A DNA stretch of 63,767 bases, the filler included, from Choristocarpus tenellus KU-1152 (lineage: Eukaryota > Protista > Phaeophyceae), in assembly GCA_964200185.2 (NCBI GenBank). It is 10 parts of 10 records of this genome, joined end to end, with 100 filler letters (N's around TTAATTAATTAA, not from the genome) between each part and the next. Parts side by side here need not be neighbours in the genome. Positions count along the whole stretch, not along the records: positions 40,369 to 44,494 come from CAXNAD020016084.1; positions 44,595 to 47,809 come from CAXNAD020021476.1; positions 47,910 to 53,825 come from CAXNAD020009423.1; 7 more parts are not named here. One strand, 5' to 3'. A program made the position numbers and the translations under genes. Shown here one piece after another: positions 40,440 through 53,687 of this stretch; the first letter of the stretch is position 1; the number at the start of each line of letters is the position of its first letter. Below the pieces are notes generated by a model that saw only the letters and a program-made list of their open reading frames with translations, did no database searches and was not told the origin of the DNA.

Positions 40440-43400
40440 CTGGAGAAGATCTGATCGATTTTGATGTGCGTGTGCCCCGCCATCATAAAATATATCTTGA
40501 CCACACAAATGACACTCGCCACGACCAATAGCCCCGCATATCTGAGAAAGAAATTGTTCTTGTTCTCTGAGATGCAGTTGTCGACCTGGCTAGTTTGGGG
40601 AGTTGGGAACGAGGGAGGGACAGGTGTAAGGCCGATATGTCAGCCCGTTTCACACCACGTTTCGTGGAGAAACAGGGCGTGTTTCCAGTAGTGCTAGAGC
40701 GCAAGCTCTACATCACTGCCATCATATACATGCAAGTTGCAACCCACAAACCAAAAGAGTGAAAGTATCTTAGAGGGTACGACATTTACCCTGTTTGTCC
40801 ATTGGGGGCTTGGCTTCCCTCGGGGTTTTTATGACATTTTCCTACTACAAAATATTTCTTAGTAGGTAAAACGTAGGCGTTATGAAAAGGTGTGTCCGAA
40901 AACAAGGATTTTTGACACTTCCTAACAAACACAATAACCAAAATCACATCAAAATCGCAACACTGGATTTTGGCCCCCAAATGGACGCGGCTCTACCCTC
41001 TAAGATACTTTGGCTCAAAACTAAATACCACGCAGTTAGATACTTGGTGGCCGCTATTCGGCGAGTAGATCGCAAGTAGGTCGTCTTAAGATGAAACTTT
41101 CTTACCTGCCAATGCGCGTGCTGGATGATGCAGCCCCCCGCGTGATCGAGGCTGTTGTGGTACTTGTCGATGAGCCTTGTGAGGGAAAGGTGGGTGGCTG
41201 TGCAGACAAGGTTACAACCTGCGCGAACGATGATGTCTGTCGTTAGTTGGCAAATAGTACTCTGCCTACTTACGCATTGTTTACTTGGAGCTAAAAAGAG
41301 GGGTAATGGAAGGTGTTTTTGCGATGTAGAGCACATACACCCGACTGGCTGATATAGATGTCTGTCGGTTTCCCTCCTCCTTGATTAGCTCTTATGCTCC
41401 TCTCGCCCTTCCGAAGCTGAGGCGTACGAGGGCAGGGGAGCACAGCGCATCATCAGTTAATCGACTGTTCACCAGGCCTGCGGTATCTGCAGGCAAATCG
41501 TGCAAGGATGTACTCGTCCTCGGGTATCTAACCTGCGGCGGGTCCCCTCACCATGACATTAAATTAAATTAAGTGGTGCGTGCACAACCAGCGCATCTAT
41601 TTGGTTGTGTGATTGTTGTGCCACAACCCACAATACGTACCTCCTCCAAGATTTGAGGAGTGACGAACACCTCCACGAACTGGCCTTCGATGTGTGCGGT
41701 CATGATCTTCTGGCGCTCGGAGTAGCCCCTGATAACAAGGACATGAACCAAAGAAATGTGTAAAGAAAGGTTTTACGGTGCGTCATCATCATGATGAACG
41801 GAATAGGTAGTGGAATGATGTGTGTCTGTTTTGGTGGTTATTTCTCGAGACTTTGCACTAAATTGTTGAATAAAACAGAGTGGTCTATTCTGTTCTGCGT
41901 GCGGCTGCAAACTTGTTGACAAATGGACTATGCGTGCGTGTGGTTACCTGTCACCGCCGTGGGTAGGTGGGTAAAGTGCTGGGAGGGCGTGGGATGTCTG
42001 GTTCGCCGCGTCTATAGTCATGAACACGAAGCCGAGAGGTTTGCCGTTGGCTTTGGCCCGCATGGCGCTGCTGGTGTTGTTGGTGATGACCAGCCGATCT
42101 GCTTGGATAATCTGGCGAATGGGGGAGAGCAACATCACGTCTATAAATCAAATAAATCTGCTTGGGGGTGTAAAAAAATGGCCACTTGTTAACACGTACC
42201 AGGTACGTGACAAAAATCGAGTGTAGGTAACAAAAAATGTTTGTCTTCGCTCCTATTTTTTACTGCTGCATTCAAGGCAAAGACAGTATTATTGGGACGG
42301 GAGCAAGTACGTATGTACGGGGCCAGAAGACCGCAACACGACCTGTCCCTCGCACAGCCCGTTGTAGATGACCAGAAAACAGTCCATCACACAAGGTGTT
42401 TTGGCAACTAATAACAACAGTTTTGCGCTGAGTGAGGCTGCTGCTGCTATAAGCACCTGCATCGGAGTCTTCATTCACAAAAGGCAACAGATGTTGTTCC
42501 CAATGGAGGGCAATGACGGCGACATGTTGCTACTGTACGATTGTTGCAAAATTAACGCTGGACACCTACCTTTCGATGGTCTGACAGCTCCTTGTCGATG
42601 GACTCGAGGACGGTGGAGTCGTTCGTGGGTTTTATATCAGGCATACTGTGCCGCTTCTCTTTTAACATGACACATATGTCACATTTCATAAATTCGTCTT
42701 CTACCCTCACCCTGATGTTGGGCCTGTCCCCTCTGAGCAATCGGAGAAAGTGCGCCTTGCTTACTCGCTTGGAAGGGTCGTCAGGATACATCCGTACTGC
42801 CTCTTTGCAAAAATCCTCCTATAGCTCCTAATTAATAATGTTGTTTGTGTGGACAAGTGAGGAATTATTGAGAAGGAACACTCGAAGAACACCGCTGCAT
42901 GATCTCTCAAAGGCGGGCTGACCAATAACTTAACTGACAAAACGGAAGACAGGATCAAGCAAGGTTAGATCATGCGTAATGAAAGAGCAAATAGAATGAT
43001 CTTCATAAATCTGCCAAGAGCGCCATTCTCTTCGGGTCTCGCCGCTGTTTGCAGAAACGTAAAGGAGGTGAATCTACCATCATAATCATCTTCATCGTGA
43101 AGTCCGTGAGACATACGGAGTACACACTTTTACTACCAAGGTCAGATCGGGCCCGGGGCGGCAGAGTAGGTGTACACAACGGTGAAATAACAGTTACTGT
43201 ACCTTCCTCCATAAAAGTGAAGAGTATCATCATCATCATTGTAGTCTCGACATTACAAAGAAAAAAAATAGTACTTCATACGAAGCTTCACTTTTTCAAC
43301 TAACCATAATCTCAGACCGGTCAAAGTAATAACCACCCACCACTTGAAATACACCTTCGATCCACTTCTTCTACGTACTGCTGGGTCACACGGTTTGCAA

Positions 43401-44494
43401 TTAACTCCAACGCAGGGTTTGGCCAACCTCTCCACAACCAAGGGCAAAACCTACCTCTCTTTGTTCGAGGCGTAGATCACAATTGCGGTCTTGTGAGGCA
43501 TGAACTGCCTGTACGTATCCGCCCAGTAGTCTATCCAGGACATCACCAGGTCTCGCTTTGGAGCCATGTCCTTCTCTTTGTTCGTGCTGTTCCTGTTGTA
43601 GTAGCGCACGTATGTATATATGGATGAGAGTTGTGTTGGAGGTGGATATAAGGGACGGGGGATGGAATCGTAGAGGAATCGTATGCCGGCAGTGGATCTC
43701 TAATTCCGTAAGTTTTTACGAGTGGAAACTGCAGCAGCAGCGCAAGGACGGTCAGATGAGATGATATTGTTGAAGCATAAATAAACATATCACACATGTA
43801 CATACACAAATATGTAACACATACCTCCACGCTGGAGGGATCTCTAACTTTGTACATCAGATATCTAGGAGTGGTAACTGCAAACTGAATGTGGCGAGTA
43901 CGGTCGGATTACATCGTTCTGAGATAGGACTACTGCTCAGTCATCAAGCAGGCGAAAATATGTACCGATTGCAAATAACACTTTGTACATACATCAAACC
44001 CACCTCTCCATGCCGGAGGATGCTCTTGCGTTAGGTGTACCTTTGCAAGCGTCGATGATATGATTGGATATTCCGAACGATGCCTTGAAAAACTGCGTAC
44101 AAACGGGAATGCTGGCCGCGAGCACAGATCCGCCTCCAGGCCCCAACTTAATGACAGGTACATGGTCACCAACGAGGTGCTTGCGATCGCGGCGGTTCTC
44201 ACACGCCCGGATGATGTCCTGCTCTTTGGCCAACGTGTGGGCAAGGAAGGACTCGCTATCTGCCGCGAACTTCTTCACACAGGCTAAGCGCTTGCAGAGT
44301 CACCCTGTTCGTTGACCGGGATGGGTTGAGCCCATTCTCGGCGAAGCTTGGTGCCGGTCGCTGAAGCGTCATTGGTAGAAAGCTCCAGCGCATCATTGTT
44401 GGTGGGCTGGTGAGGGGGCAACACAGGGGGCGGCGCAAGGGACAAAAGCCACCCCCTTGCTGTGGGAGCAACTGTCAAGGTGTTTTCGGGCAAC
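40440..44494 (-). pseudogene. Intron-containing Sola-like (DUF7869-type) DDD transposase, decayed, truncated at both contig ends
   Basis: GT-AG exons: 44004-44494 (CKRLAC..F, VCTQFFKASFGIS), 43455-43592 (WIDYW..FMP), ~42570-42828 (FMKCDIC..H), 41948-42111 (FMTIDAANQ..LP), 41641-41728, 41106-41218 (GCNLVC..WQ), 40440-40585 (VDNCISENKN...MMAGHTHIKIDQIFS). About three 1-nt frameshifts and one probable in-frame stop. Confidence 0.85.
40757..41016 (-). mobile_element. MITE family A, full copy, TSD AAAA, inside a transposase intron
   Basis: GAGTGAAAGTATCTTAGAGGGTA...TACCCTCTAAGATACTTTGGCTC, flanked by AAAA. Confidence 0.92.
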
Positions 44495-45091
44495 NNNNNN
44501 NNNNNNNNNNNNNNNNNNNNNNNNNNNNNNNNNNNNNNTTAATTAATTAANNNNNNNNNNNNNNNNNNNNNNNNNNNNNNNNNNNNNNNNNNNNGTCAAT
44601 TTTTTCATGTCACGATTTTTGGGTGATTTGGTTACATACGTCGGATGGATAATGTAAGTGCACTTTTCCTAGTTTTGGTCCGAATGGACACCCTGGTGTA
44701 GACAGCTCCCCCCCCTCCCAGATACTTTGGGTCTGTTCTTCTTTGTTGTATCAATCCAAGTATGCAAAGTTACACAAAATTGTCTTTCTTAAGAGATCAC
44801 CTCTCATTCAAGTTTAGCAACAAACAATTTGTAAGGGTTTCCAGGGTTGAAGCAATGATTGTGTTCCTGGAGCTTTCTGTTGAGTCACCTGTATCCTCTC
44901 ACCATTGTCAAAGAGTGAAAAAAAAATTACCAGTTTAAATCCAGATTTGAGTCTGACTGTTCATCAAATAGTTTGGTGCATTGCATGAATATGGTACTTA
45001 GATATTGTCTTGACATAGACCCAGGCTATCTCAAACTCCTAAACATACCAGCTACTTCATAGATATTGATAACTTCATTTCGGAATATCAG

Positions 45092-47242
45092 GTTGGCAGC
45101 TTCAAGCCCTACATCAGATCGCAAGTGGGTCATGTTTGACGGACCTGTAGATGCTATTTGGATCGAGAACATGAACACAGTTCTTGATGACAACAAGAAG
45201 GTATATGCTAGCAAGAATGAAATTTTTCCCTTTCTAGTTGTTTGTGCAATGGAGAGAGAGAGAGAGAGAGAGCATAAGAGATAGAGCTAGGACAGAGGAA
45301 GACTGCAAGAATGCATATCAAACCAACCAGCCACAAGGTTACGACGATTTGAACCAGATGTTTTCTGTGAATTTCTCACTCACTACCCTGTAACAGACAT
45401 ACATCTTTTCTCAGATAACAATTCTATTCTGTTGTTCAAGCCTCTGACCGATGCAATATTTGTAACTACCGATCCTGCTGGGAATGGCAAACGATTTCTA
45501 AACAAAGTGAGAACTCTTATCACTATTTTACACACACCCATGCTGTTCAACATTCCCCTCGCTTTCCTCCATTACAGCTATGTCTGAACTCAGGCGAAAT
45601 AATCAAGATGTCTCCTGAAATGACAATGATGTTTGAGGTGGAGGACCTTTCAGTTGCTTCCCCTGCCACTGTGTCGCGTGTTGGCATCATATACATGGAA
45701 CCAAAAGTGAGTTGCCGCTGCACTCATTGGGTGTGATGATTCAGTATCAATGTTATGCAACCAAAACGGATTTGCTCCGTGCTCCAATCATGCCGGTAGA
45801 TGAGCAGTTCTCAACTGACCACCTGATTCATGTCAGTTGGTGGGACTCCCTTCAAGTTGAGTTCTTAGTTCAGAAGCTTGAAGAAATTCGATCCTTTGCC
45901 TGTGTGATCTGCAGCTCATTTCCTCAGCAACTAAATCATCATGCCAAATTGATATTTCCAACATATGTTCATATATTTTGGAGAAATATACTCCAAAATA
46001 TAGACCAAGCAACTTGTCAGACACGAGATAAGATCCTGAAGAAGAAATTTGATATATCGCTTCACCTTTGCCATTGCATCAATGGGGAATGCAACAACCA
46101 GGGGTTGGGTCTGGATGCTCTCTGCGAATCTTGGTTGGCATGCCTGCCACAAGTCTTTTCAGCTGAGGTGGCAGTTCAATTTTCTTCGTTGTTTGATGTG
46201 TACCTATCTGCCGGTGAGAAAGTAGAAACTGAGATGTCAAACAAAGGGTATTTTGAGGCTTTTTGTTTGGAGGGATATCATTGAAAATGGTAGGAGAAAA
46301 TAGTGGATTGTCAAAATGCATCCAATCCCTACACAGCCAATGTCAGTTGTGGTACCTAGATATTACTGAGTGTTCAATATTTTTTACTGAAATCATCTCA
46401 CTACAATCTACATTTTGTCTGCATTGAGCTTCTTGAGTGCTGCTTAACCCAATGTTGCTGGAATAAATGTACCATTGTGATAGAAGAAATCCAGCTAAAA
46501 GTAGAGTTTAATAACCCCCTTGAATAGTACAAAATATTCTATTTTTTTGTTGACATTCTCTCTTCAATTTCTTAGAGGAAAACAAGTGGTCATGAGGTCA
46601 TAGATCAAGAAATAGGTCTCCCTTTGAATGTGTCTAAGTAACTTCTCATAACTTTGCAATCCGCATGTAGGCCTAAGTTGGATGCGGCAGTGGTGCCGAG
46701 AAACAGTCCCCACAGTGGACAACAACGTGGCTCAGAGTCTCATGAGGGTTCTGGATTGCTACATTGCTCCTTTCCATGGCCTCGAGGGAAGTCCATTGCC
46801 CTCAGGAAATGTAAGCACAGGAGTGTTACATCCTCAGTGCGTTTTCCTGGATTTTGATCTCATCTTTCAATCTACATGATGATATGCTCGTTACCTGTAC
46901 AGGATTGAAGATGTCCATGAGCTCTTTGAATGCTTTCTCTGATATGTGCCTACTTATTCCTCTCAAGAAGTTGCATTGGATGCACTTCAAATGAGACATG
47001 CTTTGCAATGTACACAGGGAAGCGAAAAGATCACACATCAGGAGGAGCTTCCTTAACATGCCCCCTCCCTTCCTCAGGAGTGTAAAACATTCTTGAATTA
47101 TCTGGAGGCTTACTTTATCTTTTCTGTGGTGTGGAGCATTGGGTGTACTGTTGACGCCCAGGGGCGTCAGCGCTTTGATGCTTGGCTTCGAACAGAGATG
47201 TTCAGTAATGCCAGTCCATGGCCCTTTCCATCTGCTGGCACG
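45092..47242 (+). CDS. Dynein heavy chain, axonemal type, AAA2 region, 5 internal exons
   Basis: Exons: 45092-45200 ([26 protein letters not shown]), 45578-45706 ([30 protein letters not shown]), 46102-46213, 46671-46810, 47078-47242 ([10 protein letters not shown]...RQRFDAWLR). All are GT-AG and phase-compatible. Confidence 0.95.
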
Positions 47243-47423
47243 GTGAGATCTAGTTTCCATCTCTTGAATTGATTCTCTTTCAGGATAGTTGTTCTGAGCG
47301 TTTATCATAAGCTGATGCCCTTTCTGTGCAAAACAGTCAAGTTTCTGATGGCACCCTTCTTGGTATGGGTAGAGATTAAAACACCCCAAGAATCACAATA
47401 AAAGAAGACGGTGAGTGCTAACA

Positions 47424-47514
47424 TTGTTGGATGCTACAGTCCTGTTGTTGGATGTTACAGTCCTGTTGTTGGATGCTACAGTCCTGTTGTTGGATGCTAC
47501 AGTCCTGTTGTTGG
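47424..47514. repeat. 21-bp tandem repeat x4
   Basis: Units of TTGTTGGATGCTACAGTCCTG. Confidence 0.9.
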
Positions 47515-47909
47515 TGATACAGTGCCGGCATCTAATTGCCCAAACCACATTCCAGCTCTAGATATTACAGTTTGAATCGGGCAGCTGTGAAGGAAATTGT
47601 ACCCAATGGGCATGATCAGGAGAAGCGATTTCGGAATTGATAACCTGTATACATTATAAAGGAGAGAAATTGCATCCATAAATCTTCGTAGAAGTATAAT
47701 ATGGAGAATTTCTTACCACTGAGATTCTTGACTTCCTGAATGTTCTTGGGGTTTCAAGTTTGTATACATGTAGTACAATCCAACCATAAAAGGGTCAAAG
47801 TATCTGGGGNNNNNNNNNNNNNNNNNNNNNNNNNNNNNNNNNNNNNNNNNNNNTTAATTAATTAANNNNNNNNNNNNNNNNNNNNNNNNNNNNNNNNNNN
47901 NNNNNNNNN

Positions 47910-48979
47910 AGTCTCCCGCCCCTCTCCCCCCTACTGCATGTGCAGCCAACTCATCCAGAAACCTTTCTGCTTGCTTGTTAAGGGGGCCAAAGCGTTTCAC
48001 TGCGAAGGTGTTGAGGTTAAAAGAACCCTCGTAGTGGGTGCACTTTCGCGCCTCAGCTACAGCAGCAGCTACACCATTGCTGGTGGATGAGTGTGGCAGA
48101 TGGGAGGCTGCTTGCACTTCCGCAAATGCGACATCCAGGAGGTCTTTATCCCGGTAGGGGGCGATCCAGCGTCCACAAGTGCCCCAGTATGGAAGACCAG
48201 ATGCAATACAGAAATTCCAGTCCACTGTGGATGAGCTACCGTCTTCCATAGTGCAAGGGATGCCCAATCCTTCGCAGAGTTAACCTAGACGCTTCAACAT
48301 TGGTGTATGTTGGCGGATCTGTCCTCGTGCCCTAGGGCAAGTGCAAGCATGTCTAGTGTCCAATTTTTGCCTCCTGCACCCAGCCACTGGGCACCTGTTG
48401 GATAGGGCTTCCTCCCACCCTAGGGATATGCTGGCGGTGAGTCTAAACTCTATGGGAGGGATCTGGCATGCGGGTTCCAGGGGTTGTGCGGAGGCCCACG
48501 CATTTGCCCCTTATCCGCACTGGCTCCAGTGGCGGGCCAGGGCTAGTGAGGAACTTCCTTCCCTTGTTCCGCTTCATCAGTTAGGTCGGCCAATTGCGTC
48601 CAGAAAGAGTCAAAGTGGATCCTGATCAGGAGGCAAGTGATCTTGTGTTGTGCCCCTTGTGATCCTCGAATCATGGGCTGCCCTGCCAGAGTGTGGACCT
48701 CTGGGGCAGGTGTGGGGGTTGTTGTTCCCCCCCAGGTTACCCAGCCTTGTTCAATAATTTTTGCCAAGTCTTCTGAAGGGACTCCTCGAGAGGAGGGTGT
48801 GGATAGATGATCACAAAGCCTTTGCAGTGGGGCTCATACAGATGACTTGTGAGAAAAATTCCCCATGAGGCCCTTGTTGCCTTACTAAAAGGCGGGGAGA
48901 GTAGTCACAAGTGATCCTACGAAGGCTGCATGCTGGCGATGCTTCATGGAGGATAGCCCCAATCCCCCTGAAATTGTTG
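47910..48979 (-). mobile_element. CRE-like non-LTR retrotransposon 3' remnant (RT thumb, CCHC, restriction-like endonuclease)
   Basis: GGLGLSS..HAAFVGS; CPVAGC..LDTRHACTC; LLDV..AAAVAEARKCTHY..FAVKRFG.L...AERFLDELA. Contains stops and frameshifts. Confidence 0.8.
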
Positions 48980-48983
48980 GGCA

Positions 48984-49240
48984 GAGTCAAAGTATCTTAA
49001 AGGGTAGAGCTGCATCCGTCTGGGGGCCAAAATCCAATGTTGCGATTTTGATTTAATTTTGGCTATCATGTTTTTTGGAAGTGTCAATATCCTTGTTCCT
49101 GACACATCTTTTCATAAGGTATACATTTTACCTACTCCGAAACAGTTTTGGAGTAGGAAAATATCTTAAGAAACCCGTGGGAAGCCAAGCCCCAAACGGC
49201 CAAACAGGGCAAAACTCTTACCCTTTAAGATAATTTCACT
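48984..49240 (+). mobile_element. MITE family A, full copy, TSD GGCA
   Basis: GAGTCAAAGTATCTTAAAGGGTA...TACCCTTTAAGATAATTTCACT, flanked by GGCA. Confidence 0.9.
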
Positions 49241-49485
49241 GGCATCTATACCTGTAATTGTTTCTATGTCTCCTGGTGAAAAGACCCATTTTCATACGCT
49301 CTTCAAAGAAGTCGGTGGGTCCCGACGAGTCTACTACCTCCAATATCTGGTGAAGATATCCGATTTCATACTTAGTCCATAGAACATGGCAAATTTATAT
49401 AATTTTTTTACTGACAACATGGTTAGGTTGTGGATAGTTTCTAATGTTGTGGATATATACGTATTAACGACATAAGAATAGTTTC

Positions 49486-49532
49486 CATTGGTTTTCCCCC
49501 TGACACATCTCCAAAATGTCAGAGGGCATAAT

Positions 49533-49538
<6 letters not shown>
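49486..49538 (+). repeat. Short hairpin repeat family C (also 29760-30068, 54013-54088, 60104-60127)
   Basis: CATTGGTTTTCCCCCTGACACATCT..AAAATGTCAGAGGGCATAATAAT with an internal CTGACA/TGTCAG inverted pair. Confidence 0.75.
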
Positions 49539-49572
<34 letters not shown>

Positions 49573-50248
49573 ATCTAAAAGTTGCTTCGCACTCTGGAGT
49601 TCGAATCTTACCGGTGTTGCCAATATATATTGTAGGGTTCTGTGGCGGTGTGCTCCATTCTAAGCATGGGTTGTGAAGAAAATCAACAGGCAAGACGGAC
49701 CAGACGGACCAAGTCGAACCGTTACTGAGAGGACAAGTTTTAGGAAGGACAGGTGGAAGACTACAAGGACTTACATGAAATTGCGGAGTGATGAGAATGT
49801 TTATGAGAGAGGTATCATCGCAAACGTCAAGACGTGACAACAAAAGTCATCTTTGATGTGGGACATCTCTGATTCAAGAGATGCCCACTACCTGTGGGAT
49901 CGGCCCCTTGAAAAGATTCCATACCTCAATCATACTTAATATCCTCCACTGGAATGGGGATTCCTGACAAGGAAACCTCAATCGGCATAATGGTATATGG
50001 CACACAGCAATAGTAATGGTATAACAACAGTCGAGTCTGCCTTCCACGGTTATGTATATATATATATATATATATTATTTTTTATTATTATGCCCTCTGG
50101 TATTTTGCAGATGTGTCAGGGAAACGTTTATTTTCAAATGCTATCCATAATATATTAATAATATATTCATTGAATGATGGTAGCACAGTTCTGTGTGATG
50201 GGAGCCGATGAGAACCACCACACATGAGGTTCAGGAACGAAGCAAGTA

Positions 50249-50560
50249 GTTTTAACCTCAACACCTTTGCGACGGAAAGTTTTGGGCGCCTCGGTAAGCG
50301 AGCAGAAAGTTTTCTGGAAGAGTTTGCCACGCATGGGGTAGAGGGGCAGGAGGTTAGTGCAGGGAAGGGACGGTCAAATCCCGTTTACGACAAATAATTT
50401 CTGTCACTAACTACATAACAAGTGGCTCTCTCAAGATGTGTTACGCGTTTCAAGCTGGAGATATCAGACAGGTGGGCAAGGAGGGGTCGATCAGATTGTT
50501 GGGATGCATCCCTAACTCCTTGCCCTCTTGTGTAGGGTCAAGGTACGTTGGAAGCATAGT
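50249..50560 (+). mobile_element. CRE-like LINE 3' fragment
   Basis: FNLNTFATESFGRLGKRAE...EEFATHGVEG, homologous to 47910-48030. Confidence 0.7.
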
Positions 50561-52847
50561 AGCAATGTACACACAACATTGTAATTACCAAGCTTTAAGG
50601 TAGTGTTGTAATATAGCTGGTATTCAAATAGTATATAGATTTTAGTGTTACAAAATTCACTGCGGCGTACTAGATTTCAGGCAGGAGAAAGAGCGATGTG
50701 GGGTGGGAGTGGTGAAGCCAACATATGAGAGAAAATCAAGCATACACACAGTATACGGTAGTAGAAACAGTTGTTTGGAGTGCAGTAGTTTGTTGGGTAT
50801 AAGAAATGATTGTACAGTGTAAGGGTTAGATCCATCAATACAAAAAAAACATATCGACACTTTGTCCCAGTCAATTTTGGGTCAAGCCCATCCTCAATGA
50901 AAAGCTTCATCCTCAATTTTTGAAATCGGCTGTTGTATGTACCTTCATCTGACCATATTTCAAGAGTTAGGTATGGTAGAGACATGATGGAGAAGTTTCC
51001 AGACAAAAACAAAAAATAGTATTTTTCTAAGAATATTAAGTGCCAATATTTTCGCCTTTAATGGATAAGGAAGGGGCAGATATATATTTCTTGTTACTAC
51101 AGTGTTTCTAATGGTGGAAATGGATAATGGTGGTCGTTGAGCGAGATGATAAATTGTGATTATTAGGTGAGAAACGAACCGATTATTATAGTCTCTCTCG
51201 AATCATCTTGGAGCTGAAACCTACACTAAATTTGGTATTGGTGACTTACACTTAACTAGGATTTATAACTATGGCGCAAGAATTGCAAGAACTGGGCGAA
51301 GAATATGGTATCTCCATCACTAAGATGCAGAATGGTCAGTATCTGACACCTTCCATAAGTGTGAGGGGAAAAGCCAACCAAATATTTGTAGTTTAAATCT
51401 CAATAATCTGTGTATTGTAAGAAATCGGTAGAACGTTTTTGTATCCTATCCGTATATCTTCTTTCCACTCAATTTATCTCTTTATAGAGAATTAGTGGTA
51501 TTGTTGTATATTTCGGACATATATTATTGAATGTACAAAATAAATACTTCCACTACTCTAGATACAAATTTGAGTATGATTTCAAGAGGAATATATCTGA
51601 CTATCGGATATCAAGTTGCCCGTTCCCCTTTACCTATAATAATAGGAACAATATACATATGATTCTACAAACTGTGTGTTAGAAGGAAAATACGATCATC
51701 ACGCCTCTCAAAGTCATGTGGACACGGTCATGGTCTTAAGTCTTGGATAAGTTTTAGAGCCCTGATCGATCCATTCCTTTTACACACGACACTCTAAACA
51801 CTAACTCTTTGGGGTATTGCCACCTTTGATATCTGTGCACGACAAGTACCAGTCACCCACCACCAACAACTGTTTGCCTGTTGCGTGTAAGACAGCAAAC
51901 ACAGCACAACACCCGTGATAGATTCCATCCTTTGTCGTTGTGCATTCTTCTGGTCCTGGGGCTTGTGCTTGAACAGGAAGTAGCTTCGTTTGATGGTTAT
52001 TCCGATGTCAAACGACAACAATATCAAGTCGAGTGGCGAGGTGAAGAAGGATCTCCATCCCCACATCACAGGGCCATCCCTTGTAACCAATACCTTGGAG
52101 GGAAGTGTCCACCCTTCCCAGGATACTGCGGTCACCAATGTCCGCCCCACAGATGTGATGATGGGTTTTAAGCACTTGAGTTTATCGACCGTGACGCCAC
52201 CCAAACACCTCATCTCCAACGTATCAGGGTTCGTCGTCAAAGGTGCGTCACGAGGTCTTCCAGTTCGATTGTTGATTGCTTAAGACAGCAACAAATAGTA
52301 CGGTAGTCAGAGCTTGGGATGACGCCGTTGAAGGGCCTTCGCGCTCTCCTTGGTTATCCATGTCTGCAAGTCATATACGTTTGTTTGAATCCCTCCTCTC
52401 CACAACACGGTCCTTTCCTCTCTCCACCCCAAAGGTGGAATCACAGCTGTCTTGGGACCTTCCAGTTCTGGGAAATCTCTACTCTTGAAAGTTCTCACTG
52501 GTCGACTTCCCACACTTTCCTACACTGGAGAGGTATGGCAGCTTTATTCTGTACTGGAAACGTAACTATTATCCCATGTCTACAGCTATTTTTCGAACAT
52601 GTGTAATGAATGTGGCGGTATTATGCGGGGTAGTCGACTATATGTGCGCTAACGGGATGTGGACACAATGACACATTTGCTGTAAGGAGAGAACAAAGCT
52701 TTGAAAGTACAGTGAAGGAGGGCACATTCACTCACTCATACTGATTTTTGTGAATAGTAATGTGACCAGCAGGATTCTTAAGGTGGGACACGATATGCCA
52801 CTTACACAAGAGGTCACTAGTGATAACTCGAAGTTCATCTTTGTTAG

Positions 52848-53362
52848 CTTGCATTAAGATCAATTCCTGAACCCAAATCGATTCTTGCGGGGCAGGTGAC
52901 GCTGGATGGGAGGGTGATTAATCCGCACTCGCAGAAAAACAACTTCGGCTTCGTTCCCCAGGAGGATACTCTCATAGGTAAACCGCTGAATCTGCCGATT
53001 TTGCAATTTCCCGACAGGGACTGCTCGTGCAATTCCTTTGTTGTAAGTTGCCTGTAAGCACTTTCCACTTCTCAAGTACTGCATGCTGACGTTGTTGCAA
53101 TCACTTGTCTGAGTGTTTGATGCCGGAAATAACCGGACGCAATGTCATCGTTTCGCTCTGCTCTTTTTATAAAAAAAAATCCTTTTTGCATAAACTACTG
53201 CCATTGACTCGCACTTGTTTTTTTAAGCCCATCAGTTGTTTCTTCATGCTGTATTCCACCTCCCTTGCTGAAGGTGACATCACCGTACGTGAGACCTTGG
53301 AGATCGCAGCCCGACTCAGGAAAGATCAGACCCTCAAGCAATCTGCTGATGATACCGAGCAG
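52848..53362 (+). CDS. ABCG-family transporter nucleotide-binding domain, 2 internal exons
   Basis: Exons 52848-52977 (LALR..GQVTLDG..FGFVPQEDTLIG, Q-loop) and 53274-53362 (DITVRETLEIAARLR) join in phase 1. Confidence 0.88.
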
Positions 53363-53660
53363 GTATCACAAATATATATATATATATATATATATACCTT
53401 TTTTTTTGGGAGAAATACAGTAGTGTGATTGGATAGGGGACATGCTACTTTGGGTTTCTACTTCTGCAGCATGTATGGGGTAGTTCTGGAAGTCTCTATA
53501 GAAAGAGAAGAAAGCTGCACCGGCTCCTTCTCGTACCCCCTGGCTGAGATAGACAGCAGCGTTGTATGGTCTTGTAGTTTCACCATGCCTTCAACTGCCC
53601 CTCCCCCCCCCCCTCCCTCCCCTCCCCTAACCCTGAAACGAACCCTTGAAACGAGTCTGC

Positions 53661-53687
53661 CCTAACCCTAACCCTAACCCTAACCCT
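53661..53687 (-). repeat. Interstitial (TTAGGG)n telomere-like run (others at ~2707, 4866, 11658, 38608)
   Basis: (CCCTAA)4 lying inside a contig. Confidence 0.8.

Noticed and set aside
49585-49622. tRNA-like GGAGTTCGAATC...CCA segment
   Set aside because: Only a B-box-like piece; no cloverleaf can be built.
51794-52606. Possible non-LTR reverse transcriptase remnant (DYRTI, GDPSSP)
   Set aside because: Too degenerate; no YADD-like motif found.
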